From Pseudomonadota bacterium (GTDB lineage Bacteria > Pseudomonadota > Gammaproteobacteria > Pseudomonadales > Azotimanducaceae), in the NCBI GenBank assembly GCA_036337195.1, contig JAYZES010000002.1, positions 3,197 through 67,196 of the forward strand: a DNA stretch of 64,000 bases, given 5' to 3'. Below, in pieces: positions 33,328 through 43,087 of this stretch (its first letter is position 1; each line of letters begins with the position of its first letter). The position numbers and the translations under genes are program-made. The notes under the pieces are model-generated. The model was not told the DNA's origin. It saw only the letters and a program-made list of their open reading frames with translations, and ran no database searches.

Positions 33328-34605
33328 ATGACCCAAAAAGTGCAAATCATTATCGATGGGAAAACTTCAGAGTTACCCGTGTTACAAGCCACCATGGGGC
33401 TAAATGTTGTTGATGTCAGAGGACTCATCAGTGAGGGCATATTCACTTATGACCCTGGCTTTCTATCAACGGCAAGTTGTGATTCATCTATTACATTCAT
33501 TGATGGGGAAGCTGGCGTCCTTCTCTATCGTGGTTACCCAATAGAACAGCTGGCCGCGCAGTCTAGCCATTTAGAGGTATGTTACCTCCTGCTGAATGGA
33601 GAGCTGCCAACAGCGGCAGAATTTGCAGGCTTTGAACAAGAAATTAAAGAACGAATGTTTATCGACGAGGAACTTCAACACATTTTCGATGGTTTCAACT
33701 CTCAATCCCATCCGATGTCGATGACTTGTGCCTCTGTAGCGGCATTAGCATCCTGCTATCACGAAGGGTTCGATATCTATAACGCAGTTCAAAGAAAAGA
33801 AGCTGCTTTTAATCTAATTGCAAAAATCCCCACCATAGCGGCTATGACCTATAAGAAGTCTATTGGGGAAGATTTTGTTCCTCCGAATCCAGATCTCAAT
33901 TACGCAGAAAATTTTCTGAATATGTGCTTCGGAAAAAAAGGAGCACCTGCAGCGGTTAGCCCAACTCTTGCGAAGGCAATGGATAGAATTTTTATTTTGC
34001 ACGCAGACCATGAACAGAATGCCTCTACTTCAACGGTTAGACTCGCCGGCTCCACTGAAACAAACCCGTATGCCGCAATTTCAGCAGGTATTGCTGCACT
34101 TTGGGGACCATCTCATGGAGGAGCAAATGAAGCTGTTTTAGATATGCTTACAGAAATCGGTCATGAATCCCGAATAGAACAGTACGTTGCCAAGGCAAAA
34201 GATCCAAATGACTCCTTTAGACTCATGGGTTTTGGCCATCGCGTTTATAAAAACTTTGACCCAAGAGCAACAGTCATGCAGGAAAGCTGTAATGCAGTGC
34301 TCAGCGAACTCGGCCTTGATGACCCACTATTGAAGGTAGCTCAAAAGCTGGAGACGATTGCAAGAGAGCAGGACTACTTCATTGAACGTAAACTTTACCC
34401 TAATGTGGATTTTTACTCTGGAATTACATTTAAGGCCGTAGGCATTCCCGTCAAAATGTTTACTGTTTTATTCGCATTGGGTAGGATGCCAGGCTGGCTT
34501 ACGCATTGGGATGAAATGCTCAGCAATGGTTTTAAAATTGGGCGGCCAAGACAACTTTATCTGGGTCCAGTTGCGAGAGACTATGTAGATATGGACAAAC
34601 GCTAG
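33328..34605 (+). CDS. gltA: Citrate synthase (type II)
   Basis: Contains the catalytic blocks [10 protein letters not shown] and GFGHRVYK. The start is placed at ATG 33328, with GGAG 8 nt upstream, giving ~425 aa. It is divergent from sdhC as in many gammaproteobacteria. Confidence 0.95.
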   Translation: MTQKVQIIIDGKTSELPVLQATMGLNVVDVRGLISEGIFTYDPGFLSTASCDSSITFIDGEAGVLLYRGYPIEQLAAQSSHLEVCYLLLNGELPTAAEFAGFEQEIKERMFIDEELQHIFDGFNSQSHPMSMTCASVAALASCYHEGFDIYNAVQRKEAAFNLIAKIPTIAAMTYKKSIGEDFVPPNPDLNYAENFLNMCFGKKGAPAAVSPTLAKAMDRIFILHADHEQNASTSTVRLAGSTETNPYAAISAGIAALWGPSHGGANEAVLDMLTEIGHESRIEQYVAKAKDPNDSFRLMGFGHRVYKNFDPRATVMQESCNAVLSELGLDDPLLKVAQKLETIAREQDYFIERKLYPNVDFYSGITFKAVGIPVKMFTVLFALGRMPGWLTHWDEMLSNGFKIGRPRQLYLGPVARDYVDMDKR

Positions 34606-34613
34606 GGGATCAA

Positions 34614-35123
34614 ATGAGTATTTCTGCTCAGATTGAAACAGTCAAAGGTGTAATTAAAATTTCGTTTTTTCCGACCGAAGCTCCAGTTACAGTTACCAAC
34701 TTCGTTAATCTAGCTTTGAAAAATTTTTATGACGGATTAACTTTTCATAGAGTGATTGGTGATTTTATGATCCAAGGTGGATGTCCGTTGGGTTCAGGTA
34801 CTGGCGGGCCAGGTTATACATTTGAGGATGAATTCCACAAATCTCTTCGACACGACCGTCCAGGGAAACTCTCAATGGCCAATGCTGGCCCAAACACAAA
34901 TGGTAGCCAATTTTTTATTACGCATGTACCCACGCCCCACCTTGATGATGCACATACTATTTTTGGTGAAGTAGTTAGCGAGGAGGACCAGGACGTTGTA
35001 AATAGTATAAGTCAGGGGGACCAAATTTTAAGCATATCGATAAACGGCGACATCGAAGAACTTTTCGAGGCACAGGCTTCTAGGCTTGCAGATTGGAATC
35101 AATCACTTAGTGAAGGCCGTTAG
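34614..35123 (+). CDS. Peptidyl-prolyl cis-trans isomerase, cyclophilin type
   Basis: 169 aa with [13 protein letters not shown] and [16 protein letters not shown]. It begins 8 nt after gltA. Confidence 0.9.
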   Translation: MSISAQIETVKGVIKISFFPTEAPVTVTNFVNLALKNFYDGLTFHRVIGDFMIQGGCPLGSGTGGPGYTFEDEFHKSLRHDRPGKLSMANAGPNTNGSQFFITHVPTPHLDDAHTIFGEVVSEEDQDVVNSISQGDQILSISINGDIEELFEAQASRLADWNQSLSEGR

Positions 35124-35194
35124 AACAGATAGATCAGGCTAGCCCTGTTTTTATTGAATTACCAAGCGACCGAGTTTAAATATGGTTGTCCGTA

Positions 35195-35989
35195 CTAGTC
35201 TCCCGTAAACCTAGCAGTTCGCTTCTCCTTGAATGCGAGGAGACCTTCTTTATAATCCTCGCTGTCAAAACATTTATCAATCATCAACTGCACCTTAGCC
35301 AAGTCTCTGTCTCCAGGGTCCTTACAAAACTCGTTGATAGCCCCCTTAGCAGCTTCAATAGTCAGCGGAGCATTGTTGGAGATTATCTCAGCGTATTCCT
35401 TAACCGTTTTCTCAATCGAGTCGTTATCCACAATGAAATTTACAAGACCCATTTGATAGGATTCCTCAGAATCCATCAGTCTAGCGGTGAACATAATATC
35501 CTTTGCCCTCGCAGGACCAACCAAATTGCAAAGGGTTTTTAGTCCACTATACTCATAACCCAGGCCGAGTTTTGCCGCAGGTATGCCAAACTTTGAGTCG
35601 GGTGTAGTAAACCGAATATCTGCACTCATAGCGAGCGCTAGACCACCACCGATACAATAGCCCTGAATCATTGCAATCAAGGGCTTTTCCATCTTTTCTA
35701 TCCACTTTTGAGCCTTTCCCGATGCATCAGCATAATCTCGCTTCTGTTCAATGTTGCTCCTTTTAGAATCAAACTCTGAGATATCTGCGCCAGAAACAAA
35801 GGCCTTGCATCCTTCACCCTTCATAACCACTACGCGAACACTCGGGTCATAATGAAACGATTCTAGTATGAGGGCCAGGGCCTCCCACATTTCAAGGGAA
35901 ACAGCATTGTGGCGCGCCGGATTGTTAAACACGATCCAACCGATTCCTCCTTCCAAGTAAGCTCTCATTTTTTCTGTGCTCAAATCCAT
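35195..35989 (-). CDS. Enoyl-CoA hydratase/isomerase (crotonase) family protein
   Basis: 264 aa with FVSGADI and GYCIGGGLALAMSADIR oxyanion-hole blocks. Confidence 0.8.
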   Translation of the reverse strand: MDLSTEKMRAYLEGGIGWIVFNNPARHNAVSLEMWEALALILESFHYDPSVRVVVMKGEGCKAFVSGADISEFDSKRSNIEQKRDYADASGKAQKWIEKMEKPLIAMIQGYCIGGGLALAMSADIRFTTPDSKFGIPAAKLGLGYEYSGLKTLCNLVGPARAKDIMFTARLMDSEESYQMGLVNFIVDNDSIEKTVKEYAEIISNNAPLTIEAAKGAINEFCKDPGDRDLAKVQLMIDKCFDSEDYKEGLLAFKEKRTARFTGD

Positions 35990-36002
35990 AGATCACTCGT
36001 CC

Positions 36003-37196
36003 TTAAATTACATTCTGCTCCTTCAAAGAATTAATTTCCTCTTCTTCAAATCCCATCTCCACAAGAATTTCTACTGTATGTTCACCTAGTTCAGGACCTG
36101 GCCGATCAAACTCCTCTCGATCCTCAAAAGCGGTCAAATTGATTGGAGATCTAACAAGATTGAATTTGCCTAGGGTTTTATGAGAGACGGGTCTTTCTAC
36201 TTTGAGATGCTTAGCCTGCATGTCTTCAAATGCCTCCCCAATATCGTAAATTGGACCACACGGACATCCTGCTGCATTGAGCTTCTCTATTACCTGAGCA
36301 GTAGAATATTTACGGGTTACTTTATTTACTAACTCATTTAGCTCATAACGATTGCTAAATCTATCCTCAAAGGAACTAAATCGCTTGTCCTTAAGCAATA
36401 AGGGCAAGTTCATCGTCTCACAAAAAGATTTGAACATTTTTTGAGAACTTGCTGCAAGGTTGACTTGCCCGTCGCTGGTGTCAAACAGACCCATAGGCGC
36501 ATTGGTAGGGTGATAATTCCCCTCCTGGTTAGGTACTTCGCCACTCATGGTGTAACGAGCTCCTTGGAAATCGATTTTAGACAACATAGCTTCAAGTAGC
36601 GAGGTGTGAACCCATTGGCCCTCGCCAGTATGCTCACGATGCAACAATGCGAGAAGAATACCTTGGCCAAGAAACATACCCGCAGAAGTATCACTAATGG
36701 CGATTCCAACTCTCATTGGACCATTTCCAGGTTCCCCCGTAATACTCATGAGACCGCTGGTACCCTGGACCACTTGGTCTACTCCTGGTCGATCACGGTA
36801 GGGACCGGTTTGCCCAAAACCTGAAATACTCCCATATACAATGGATGGATTAGCGTTTCTCACGGATTCATAATCGATGCCAAGGCGATGTTTCACCTCC
36901 GAGCGAAAGTTCTCAACAATAACGTCTGCGTGGCTAGCTAGACGCATAAAAAGGGCCTTGCCCTGTGGAGTCTTGAGATTGATCGTAATGCTTCGTTTGT
37001 TGCGATGAAGATTTTGAGAATCAGGACTATACCTATCTTTTGATAGGGCAGACGAGGAGACACTCAGTTGTAATGGCGGCTCGATCCTAATAACGTTGGC
37101 TCCCCAATCTGAAAGAAGCCTCACAGCTGTGGGACCAGCTCTGGCCACAGTCAAATCAAGCACGGTATATCTTGATAAAGGTAAGTCCCGACTCAT
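36003..37196 (-). CDS. Family III CoA-transferase (CaiB/BaiF/Frc type)
   Basis: 397 aa with VLDLTVARAGPTAVRLLSDWGANVIRIEPP and the ISGFGQTGPY block containing the family III region. Confidence 0.8.
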   Translation of the reverse strand: MSRDLPLSRYTVLDLTVARAGPTAVRLLSDWGANVIRIEPPLQLSVSSSALSKDRYSPDSQNLHRNKRSITINLKTPQGKALFMRLASHADVIVENFRSEVKHRLGIDYESVRNANPSIVYGSISGFGQTGPYRDRPGVDQVVQGTSGLMSITGEPGNGPMRVGIAISDTSAGMFLGQGILLALLHREHTGEGQWVHTSLLEAMLSKIDFQGARYTMSGEVPNQEGNYHPTNAPMGLFDTSDGQVNLAASSQKMFKSFCETMNLPLLLKDKRFSSFEDRFSNRYELNELVNKVTRKYSTAQVIEKLNAAGCPCGPIYDIGEAFEDMQAKHLKVERPVSHKTLGKFNLVRSPINLTAFEDREEFDRPGPELGEHTVEILVEMGFEEEEINSLKEQNVI

Positions 37197-38074
37197 CAGT
37201 TGTTTAATGTGGTTCTTAACTCTAGGGCAATCTCGCTGAGTTTTAGTTGTAAAGCTTTGGTATTCTCTGGCCCTAACCGTATCATTTGCTTCTGGGAGGC
37301 GCTTAATGCCTCTAGACTGGGGTCCAAAAACTCGTACATCACAACCGGCCGAGTCAACAAAATAGGTTCCTCTACTACGGGAGCTTCAAGTAATTGACCG
37401 ATTGCCTGAAATACTATGGAGGTAAAATTTTTCTCAGGATAGCCTAGCTCTTCAAAGGCTTCCTGAAACAAAGGCTCTAACAACTCATAAAATTGAGCCG
37501 CTCGTCTTGCATCTATCGAGGTTAAAACGTCCGTAAATTCATCGTACCTTTCGTAAGAAAGAGGGTCCAACAGAAACGTTTTCTGCGATATCGTGGTTAC
37601 AGAGAAAGGTTTTTCTGGCGCGATAACCTCCAAAACATCTCTAGATACCTTCCCATTCGCAATGTTATCTACAAATACGACAAACTTACGAATTAGCTCC
37701 GTCGGGGCAAGCCAGAAATTAATGGTCTCATTCCTTGTAAGACTCACTACGCCGTCTCTAATCAGTTGATCACTATCATCCAAAAGCGGTAAAACAAACG
37801 ACGGGAGCTGAGGCTCTCTTGGATTAGAATTATCAATTTCCGAAAAATCGGCTCTTTTGTCCTCGGGACGATTTTGGAACTTTATTTCGGGGAGTGATGG
37901 CGCAGACGCAGGCTCCTCATTTAGTAACTGCTCCGGTTCGCGCTCAATTGCACTAACTGGCTGCGATATTACAACAGTGTCATCACCCGGCTGAATCACA
38001 GAGTATCCAACAAAGATAATTATCATTAGCCCAGCCAGGACAGCAGCAAAGATAATTGGCTTATAATCGGACAT
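37196..38074 (-). CDS. Membrane-anchored protein of unknown function
   Basis: 292 aa with a single N-terminal TM helix (IIFAAVLAGLMIIIFVGY), a low-complexity acidic/Pro linker and a globular C-terminus. Its stop overlaps the CoA-transferase start (TGATG). It may be DUF3014-like, but I cannot confirm this. Confidence 0.45.
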   Translation of the reverse strand: MSDYKPIIFAAVLAGLMIIIFVGYSVIQPGDDTVVISQPVSAIEREPEQLLNEEPASAPSLPEIKFQNRPEDKRADFSEIDNSNPREPQLPSFVLPLLDDSDQLIRDGVVSLTRNETINFWLAPTELIRKFVVFVDNIANGKVSRDVLEVIAPEKPFSVTTISQKTFLLDPLSYERYDEFTDVLTSIDARRAAQFYELLEPLFQEAFEELGYPEKNFTSIVFQAIGQLLEAPVVEEPILLTRPVVMYEFLDPSLEALSASQKQMIRLGPENTKALQLKLSEIALELRTTLNN

Positions 38075-38260
38075 AGGGCCCTCTAGTTCTAAAGTGTTTC
38101 ATAACGTTACGTCATTCTTCATTGCAGTTAAAAGGGTACAGAGTTAACCCTAAGCGCGAGTTATTCCAACATTATTCGAAAACTTATGCCAGCTATGGTT
38201 ACCCGAGCTTAGACTTTGAACTATTATCAACAAAACTCTAAAAATGCCGCTCCAAGCAAC

Positions 38261-39286
38261 CTATCTTCGTTCAGGTAGGGAATTGCGTAGGTCAGCCACC
38301 ATACTTAGTCTTCTATCAGAGTTTACGAAGCTGAAGCTACCATCTGTGCGGTCTAAAAAATCCCCATAACGCCTCTTAATTTCGGAAACAATATTGTCTG
38401 GCTTATCCATTATGGCAAAAGTATTAAGCATCTCATCTGAGATCAATTTTGGCATCTCATCCCATAAACCACGCTTGGACATTTCATTCAATTCCACTTG
38501 GAGATCGCCCCAATCGTGCACCCGAAGAACATTTTTATAAGCGGGGGTAGACCCATAGAAAGATATTTTCTCCCTTACGGCCTTCTTATTTTCTTCAAAG
38601 ATCTCCTCAGTCTCACCAGAGATAATGAAAGGCGAATATATAACCTCAAAGTCCTTCCGACTTCGTCCTGACTTTGCCAAGCCCTTATCTATCGCGGGCA
38701 ACGTAACTTGACGAATAAAGGTCTCATTAGTAAAGGAATGTAAAATTATCCCATCTGCTACTTCTCCCGCGACCTGGGTCATAACAGGCCCTACCGCAGC
38801 CAAAGCAATTCTGGGCATACCGAATTTGATATCTTTAGGGGTAAATGCAGGAGTCATGAGCGTGTGGGCATAGTATTCGCCCTCGAAACGTAACGCTTCC
38901 CCCTCATACCAGTTTAGCCATATCGCTCGAACCGCCTGTATCAGCTCCCGCATTTGTCGAGCGGGCTTGTTGGAAAACGGCATGCTAAAACGTTTAGTGA
39001 TATGCGCCCTAATCTGCGATCCAAGGCCTAACATGAACCGCCCTCCAGAGAATGAATTCAAATCATGGGCTAAGCTGGCCAAATTAGCTGGACTGCGGGC
39101 GAAAGCCACTGCGATGCTGGTGTATAACTCAATCCTCTCTGAGTGCTCCGCAGCAAGAAATAAGGGAAAGAAAGGATCATGGCTCAGCTCTGAGGTACTC
39201 ACCCCATCATAACCAAGCAGCTCTAGCTCTCGGATGACTTTGGGTATTTCCCCCCAACTTAAGGCCAAATTACTGTCTACTTTCAT
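38261..39286 (-). CDS. Luciferase-like monooxygenase (LLM) class flavin/F420-type oxidoreductase
   Basis: 341 aa TIM-barrel LLM pattern (LLGYDGVSTSELSHDPF..., RFMLGLGSQ). It begins 23 nt downstream of cimA on the same strand. Confidence 0.7.
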   Translation of the reverse strand: MKVDSNLALSWGEIPKVIRELELLGYDGVSTSELSHDPFFPLFLAAEHSERIELYTSIAVAFARSPANLASLAHDLNSFSGGRFMLGLGSQIRAHITKRFSMPFSNKPARQMRELIQAVRAIWLNWYEGEALRFEGEYYAHTLMTPAFTPKDIKFGMPRIALAAVGPVMTQVAGEVADGIILHSFTNETFIRQVTLPAIDKGLAKSGRSRKDFEVIYSPFIISGETEEIFEENKKAVREKISFYGSTPAYKNVLRVHDWGDLQVELNEMSKRGLWDEMPKLISDEMLNTFAIMDKPDNIVSEIKRRYGDFLDRTDGSFSFVNSDRRLSMVADLRNSLPERR

Positions 39287-39309
39287 ACAGCAATCAACCT
39301 CGATTCTTC

Positions 39310-40917
39310 TTACGAATGAAGTTCACCAACAAACTCCGCGTGCTGAAGTAAAGCGTAATGATAGGCTTCTATTAAGGCATTCCAGCTGGCTTCAATAATG
39401 TCTGTATTGACTCCAATAGTACCGAACTTCTCACCTTCAAAACTATGCTCAACTAAAACCCTTACCTTCGCGGCCGTCTTCTCAGAAGAATTGATAACTT
39501 TCACGCTGTAGTCAGTCAAATGTAAGTCGCGGATTACCGGATATTTATTTACGAGAGCCTGTTGAAGTGCCTTGTTCAGGGCATCGATTGGACCATGGCC
39601 TTCTGCGGCGCACAAAAACGTACTGTCATCTATACGCGCTTTAACCGCTGCTTCTATTAAGCCCTCGCTAATTCCCTTGGCTAGCGAATATTCTTCATTA
39701 TTAAGCGCGTATATCCGATAGTAGATAGGATCAAATACTGGTTTAAACCGACCCAAGTGCCTTCTAACAATTAGATTAAAGCTACCATCCGCATTTTCAA
39801 AGGAGTAGCCGCTATGCTCCTTGTCTTGAATTTCCTCTAATATTGCACTGACTTTTCCCGAGTCCTCGAGCTCAGGATATCTATTTGCCAGCTTCGCTCG
39901 AAGGTTAGAACCTCCCGATAACTCGCTTATTAGTACTTTTCGTGAATTGCCCACTATGTCTGGATTAATGTGTTCATAGGTTTCAGGATTCTTTTGAACC
40001 GCACTCACATGCACCCCACCTTTATGTGCAAAAGCTGACGGACCAACAAACGGTTGGCCAAGAGGACCATTTAACCCCAGATATTCCCAAACCTTCCTTG
40101 ATAAATTGGTAAGCCCCTTGATCTGACCCTGAGGCAAACATCGGTAACCGAGTTTTAATTCCAGGTTTGCTAAAACAGTAGTTAAATCGACATTACCGCA
40201 TCTCTCACCAATACCATTAATCGAACCCTGAACCTGAATGGCACCTTCTTCAATCGCTCGAAGAGTATTAGCAACCGCTAGCCCGCCGTCGTTGTGCACA
40301 TGAATACCGAGTTTGATTCCTTTAATCGAAGTTACCAATTCTTTCATTGCCGCAGCAATCTCGTGGGGGAGAACACCGCCATTGGTATCGCAAAGGATAA
40401 TGCGCTTTGCACCGCCATCCACGGCTGCTTGAACTGTGGCAATTGCATAAATTGGGTCACTCTTGAACCCATCGAAAAAATGTTCTGCATCATAAAATAC
40501 TGGCTTCGATGTTCTGTTTGACAAGTACTCAATCGAACCCCTAATCATTTCTAAATTTCGATCGAGGGTCGCCCCTATCATTCTCACGTGCAAATCCCAA
40601 GATTTTCCAAAAATACAAGTGAGATCCGCATCTGCCTCAATCAACTTAGTGAGAAAAAAATCATCTTCTGGCACTGTCCCGACTCGATGAGTTGAGCCGA
40701 AAGCACTGACTTTGAGAGATTTAAGCTCAAGACCTTTTACTTCATTAAAGAAATCTACATCCTTGGGGTTCGAGCCAGGCCAACCACCCTCAACAAAATC
40801 AACACCAAGCTCATCAAGGGCTACAGTAATATCAAGCTTGTCTTGCAAACTTAGATTTACCCCCTCTCCCTGCGTACCGTCACGCAATGTCGTATCATAT
40901 ATCTCTATTTTTTTCAT
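39310..40917 (-). CDS. cimA: (R)-citramalate synthase (LeuA/CimA family, CimA-type)
   Basis: 535 aa. The N-terminus IEIYDTTLRDGTQGEGVNLSLQDKL...VEGGWPGSNPKDVDFF closely matches, from my recollection, characterised CimA-type enzymes such as the Geobacter type. A C-terminal LeuA-dimer regulatory domain is present. Confidence 0.72.
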   Translation of the reverse strand: MKKIEIYDTTLRDGTQGEGVNLSLQDKLDITVALDELGVDFVEGGWPGSNPKDVDFFNEVKGLELKSLKVSAFGSTHRVGTVPEDDFFLTKLIEADADLTCIFGKSWDLHVRMIGATLDRNLEMIRGSIEYLSNRTSKPVFYDAEHFFDGFKSDPIYAIATVQAAVDGGAKRIILCDTNGGVLPHEIAAAMKELVTSIKGIKLGIHVHNDGGLAVANTLRAIEEGAIQVQGSINGIGERCGNVDLTTVLANLELKLGYRCLPQGQIKGLTNLSRKVWEYLGLNGPLGQPFVGPSAFAHKGGVHVSAVQKNPETYEHINPDIVGNSRKVLISELSGGSNLRAKLANRYPELEDSGKVSAILEEIQDKEHSGYSFENADGSFNLIVRRHLGRFKPVFDPIYYRIYALNNEEYSLAKGISEGLIEAAVKARIDDSTFLCAAEGHGPIDALNKALQQALVNKYPVIRDLHLTDYSVKVINSSEKTAAKVRVLVEHSFEGEKFGTIGVNTDIIEASWNALIEAYHYALLQHAEFVGELHS

Positions 40918-41510
40918 AGGTAACCAAGTTTTTCAGCCACGGCATTAACTTTGTCTCCAGAGGCTAAGAGAGTATCCAATGGGTCATAGGTTGCATCAAG
41001 GAATGCCTCTCGGACACTTTCTTTCATCGTAATAGGAAATACTTGGTTCCCACAAATTATTTGGAGCTGTTCAATATCAATCATCATATCGAGCGCTGGA
41101 TCATTGGTTACCAACTTAGATAGCTCGGACCGATGGTCGTCGTCCATAACCACACAAGGTATCCCTAATGTAGTACAGTTGCCGTGAAAAATCTCTGCGA
41201 ATGATCCTGCGATGACAGCCTTAAAGCCGAAACGCATAATTGCTTGGGGCGCGTGCTCTCGGGAGGAACCACAACCAAAGTTATTATCAGAAATCAGAAT
41301 CTCCGCGCCTGCACGCTCGGGAGAATCTAGTACATGCCCCTTTGATCGACCATGTTCATCAAAACGAACATCGTAGAAGAGCGCGGGACCCAACTCATCA
41401 AAAGTAACGCAGGTCAAATAGCGAGCTGGAATAATTCGATCTGTATCAATATCGTTACCTTCGACATAAACTCCTCGCCCGTTTATCTTCCGTATCGCTA
41501 CCCCGCTCAT
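40914..41510 (-). CDS. leuD: 3-isopropylmalate / citramalate isomerase small subunit
   Basis: 198 aa with [13 protein letters not shown] and [10 protein letters not shown] blocks. Its ends overlap leuC and cimA by 4 nt each. Confidence 0.88.
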   Translation of the reverse strand: MSGVAIRKINGRGVYVEGNDIDTDRIIPARYLTCVTFDELGPALFYDVRFDEHGRSKGHVLDSPERAGAEILISDNNFGCGSSREHAPQAIMRFGFKAVIAGSFAEIFHGNCTTLGIPCVVMDDDHRSELSKLVTNDPALDMMIDIEQLQIICGNQVFPITMKESVREAFLDATYDPLDTLLASGDKVNAVAEKLGYL

Positions 41511-42928
41511 ACGCCAGCTCCTTCAAGATCAAATACTTCTCTCGCGTCTGCAACAAACCCTTCGATAGCTGCCGCTGCTACCATAATGGGGCTCATCAAA
41601 ATTGTTCTTCCTTTTGGAGAACCCTGTCTACCGATAAAATTGCGATTAGAACTGGATGCACAAACTTCATCACCCACAAGTTTGTCAGGATTCATCGCCA
41701 AACACATGGAACAACCAGGCAAACGCCATTCGAAACCCGCCTCCTCAAAAACTTCATGCAAACCAAGCTCTCTTGCCTCCCGATCAACCTTTTCCGAACC
41801 GGGCACCGCGATCGCACGAACGTTAGGCGCCACCTTCTTTCCACTGATAACAGCTGCCACACTTTGGAAGTCACTTAGCCGCCCATTGGTACAGCTACCT
41901 ATGAAGGCAACATCTATCTTGATCCCTTTTATCGGCTGATTAGCGGAAAGTTTCATATATGTTAGCGCATCGTTTATGAGGGTTTTCTCAAGCCCATCCT
42001 TATCATTTGGATCCGGAACGCAACCTTCTATAGATACAGCCTGACCAGGTGTCACTCCCCATGTAACAGTTGGTTTAATATCTTCGGCGCTAATATCCAC
42101 AACATCATCATAATCTGCGTCTGAATCACTCGCATAGGAGCGCCACCGCTCAACAGCAGCAAGAAAATCAGTTCCGGCTGGGACTCTCTCTCGACCCTTT
42201 AGATAATCAAATGTAGTTTGGTCGGGATTCACGTAACCGCAGCGCGCGCCACCCTCAATGCTCATATTACAAACTGTCATCCGCTCTTCCATCGACATCT
42301 GGTCGATAACTGAACCCCCGTATTCATAGGCAAAGCCTACTCCTCCGTTAACACCTAGGGTGCGAATAATATGAAGAGTTACATCCTTGGCGGTGACACC
42401 AAGGGCTAACGTGCCCTGGATATTGATCCGGCGTACTTTTAGTGGATCCATAACCAAAGTCTGGCTAGCCAGCACGTCCCTCACCTGACTTGTACCAATA
42501 CCAAGAGCAATACAACCAAATGCACCATGCGTTGATGTATGTGAATCTCCGCAACATATTGTCATTCCTGGCTGCGTGAGTCCTAGCTCCGGGCCAACCA
42601 CATGGACTATACCCTGAGCTCCAGACTTAGGAGCAAAAAATTCAATTCCATTTTCTTTGGTCGCCGAGCTTAATACCTGGATCATTTTTTCGGCCATATC
42701 ATCAGCCAGGGGGCGTTCTTGCTTATCCGTTGGAATAATGTGATCAACAGTGGCGAAAGTGCGGTCAGGGAAAGCGACCTTAAGACTTTTGTCCTTTAAC
42801 ATACCAAAGGCCTGAGGACTCGTTACCTCATGAATTAGATGTAACGCCATGAAAACCTGATACTGCCCCGTATCGAGTTGACGAACCAAATGGTCATTCC
42901 ATACTTTTTGATAAAGATTAAGTCCCAC
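41507..42928 (-). CDS. leuC: 3-isopropylmalate / citramalate isomerase large subunit
   Basis: 473 aa aconitase-family protein with [18 protein letters not shown] and GSCTNGR Fe-S ligand blocks. Confidence 0.92.
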   Translation of the reverse strand: MGLNLYQKVWNDHLVRQLDTGQYQVFMALHLIHEVTSPQAFGMLKDKSLKVAFPDRTFATVDHIIPTDKQERPLADDMAEKMIQVLSSATKENGIEFFAPKSGAQGIVHVVGPELGLTQPGMTICCGDSHTSTHGAFGCIALGIGTSQVRDVLASQTLVMDPLKVRRINIQGTLALGVTAKDVTLHIIRTLGVNGGVGFAYEYGGSVIDQMSMEERMTVCNMSIEGGARCGYVNPDQTTFDYLKGRERVPAGTDFLAAVERWRSYASDSDADYDDVVDISAEDIKPTVTWGVTPGQAVSIEGCVPDPNDKDGLEKTLINDALTYMKLSANQPIKGIKIDVAFIGSCTNGRLSDFQSVAAVISGKKVAPNVRAIAVPGSEKVDREARELGLHEVFEEAGFEWRLPGCSMCLAMNPDKLVGDEVCASSSNRNFIGRQGSPKGRTILMSPIMVAAAAIEGFVADAREVFDLEGAGV

Positions 42929-43087
42929 AAATACCTCGTCATAAACCCATGGTTTCTCAATTTTAGCACGAAAGTCTATGGTCAGTGCCGAATTAAGAAG
43001 TATTCAATTATAACGAGAAAGTTAATTCCTATGGGTTACAAATGGTTTCGTCCGAAGGACACATCTGCGAGAATTGAAAAAAAGTAA

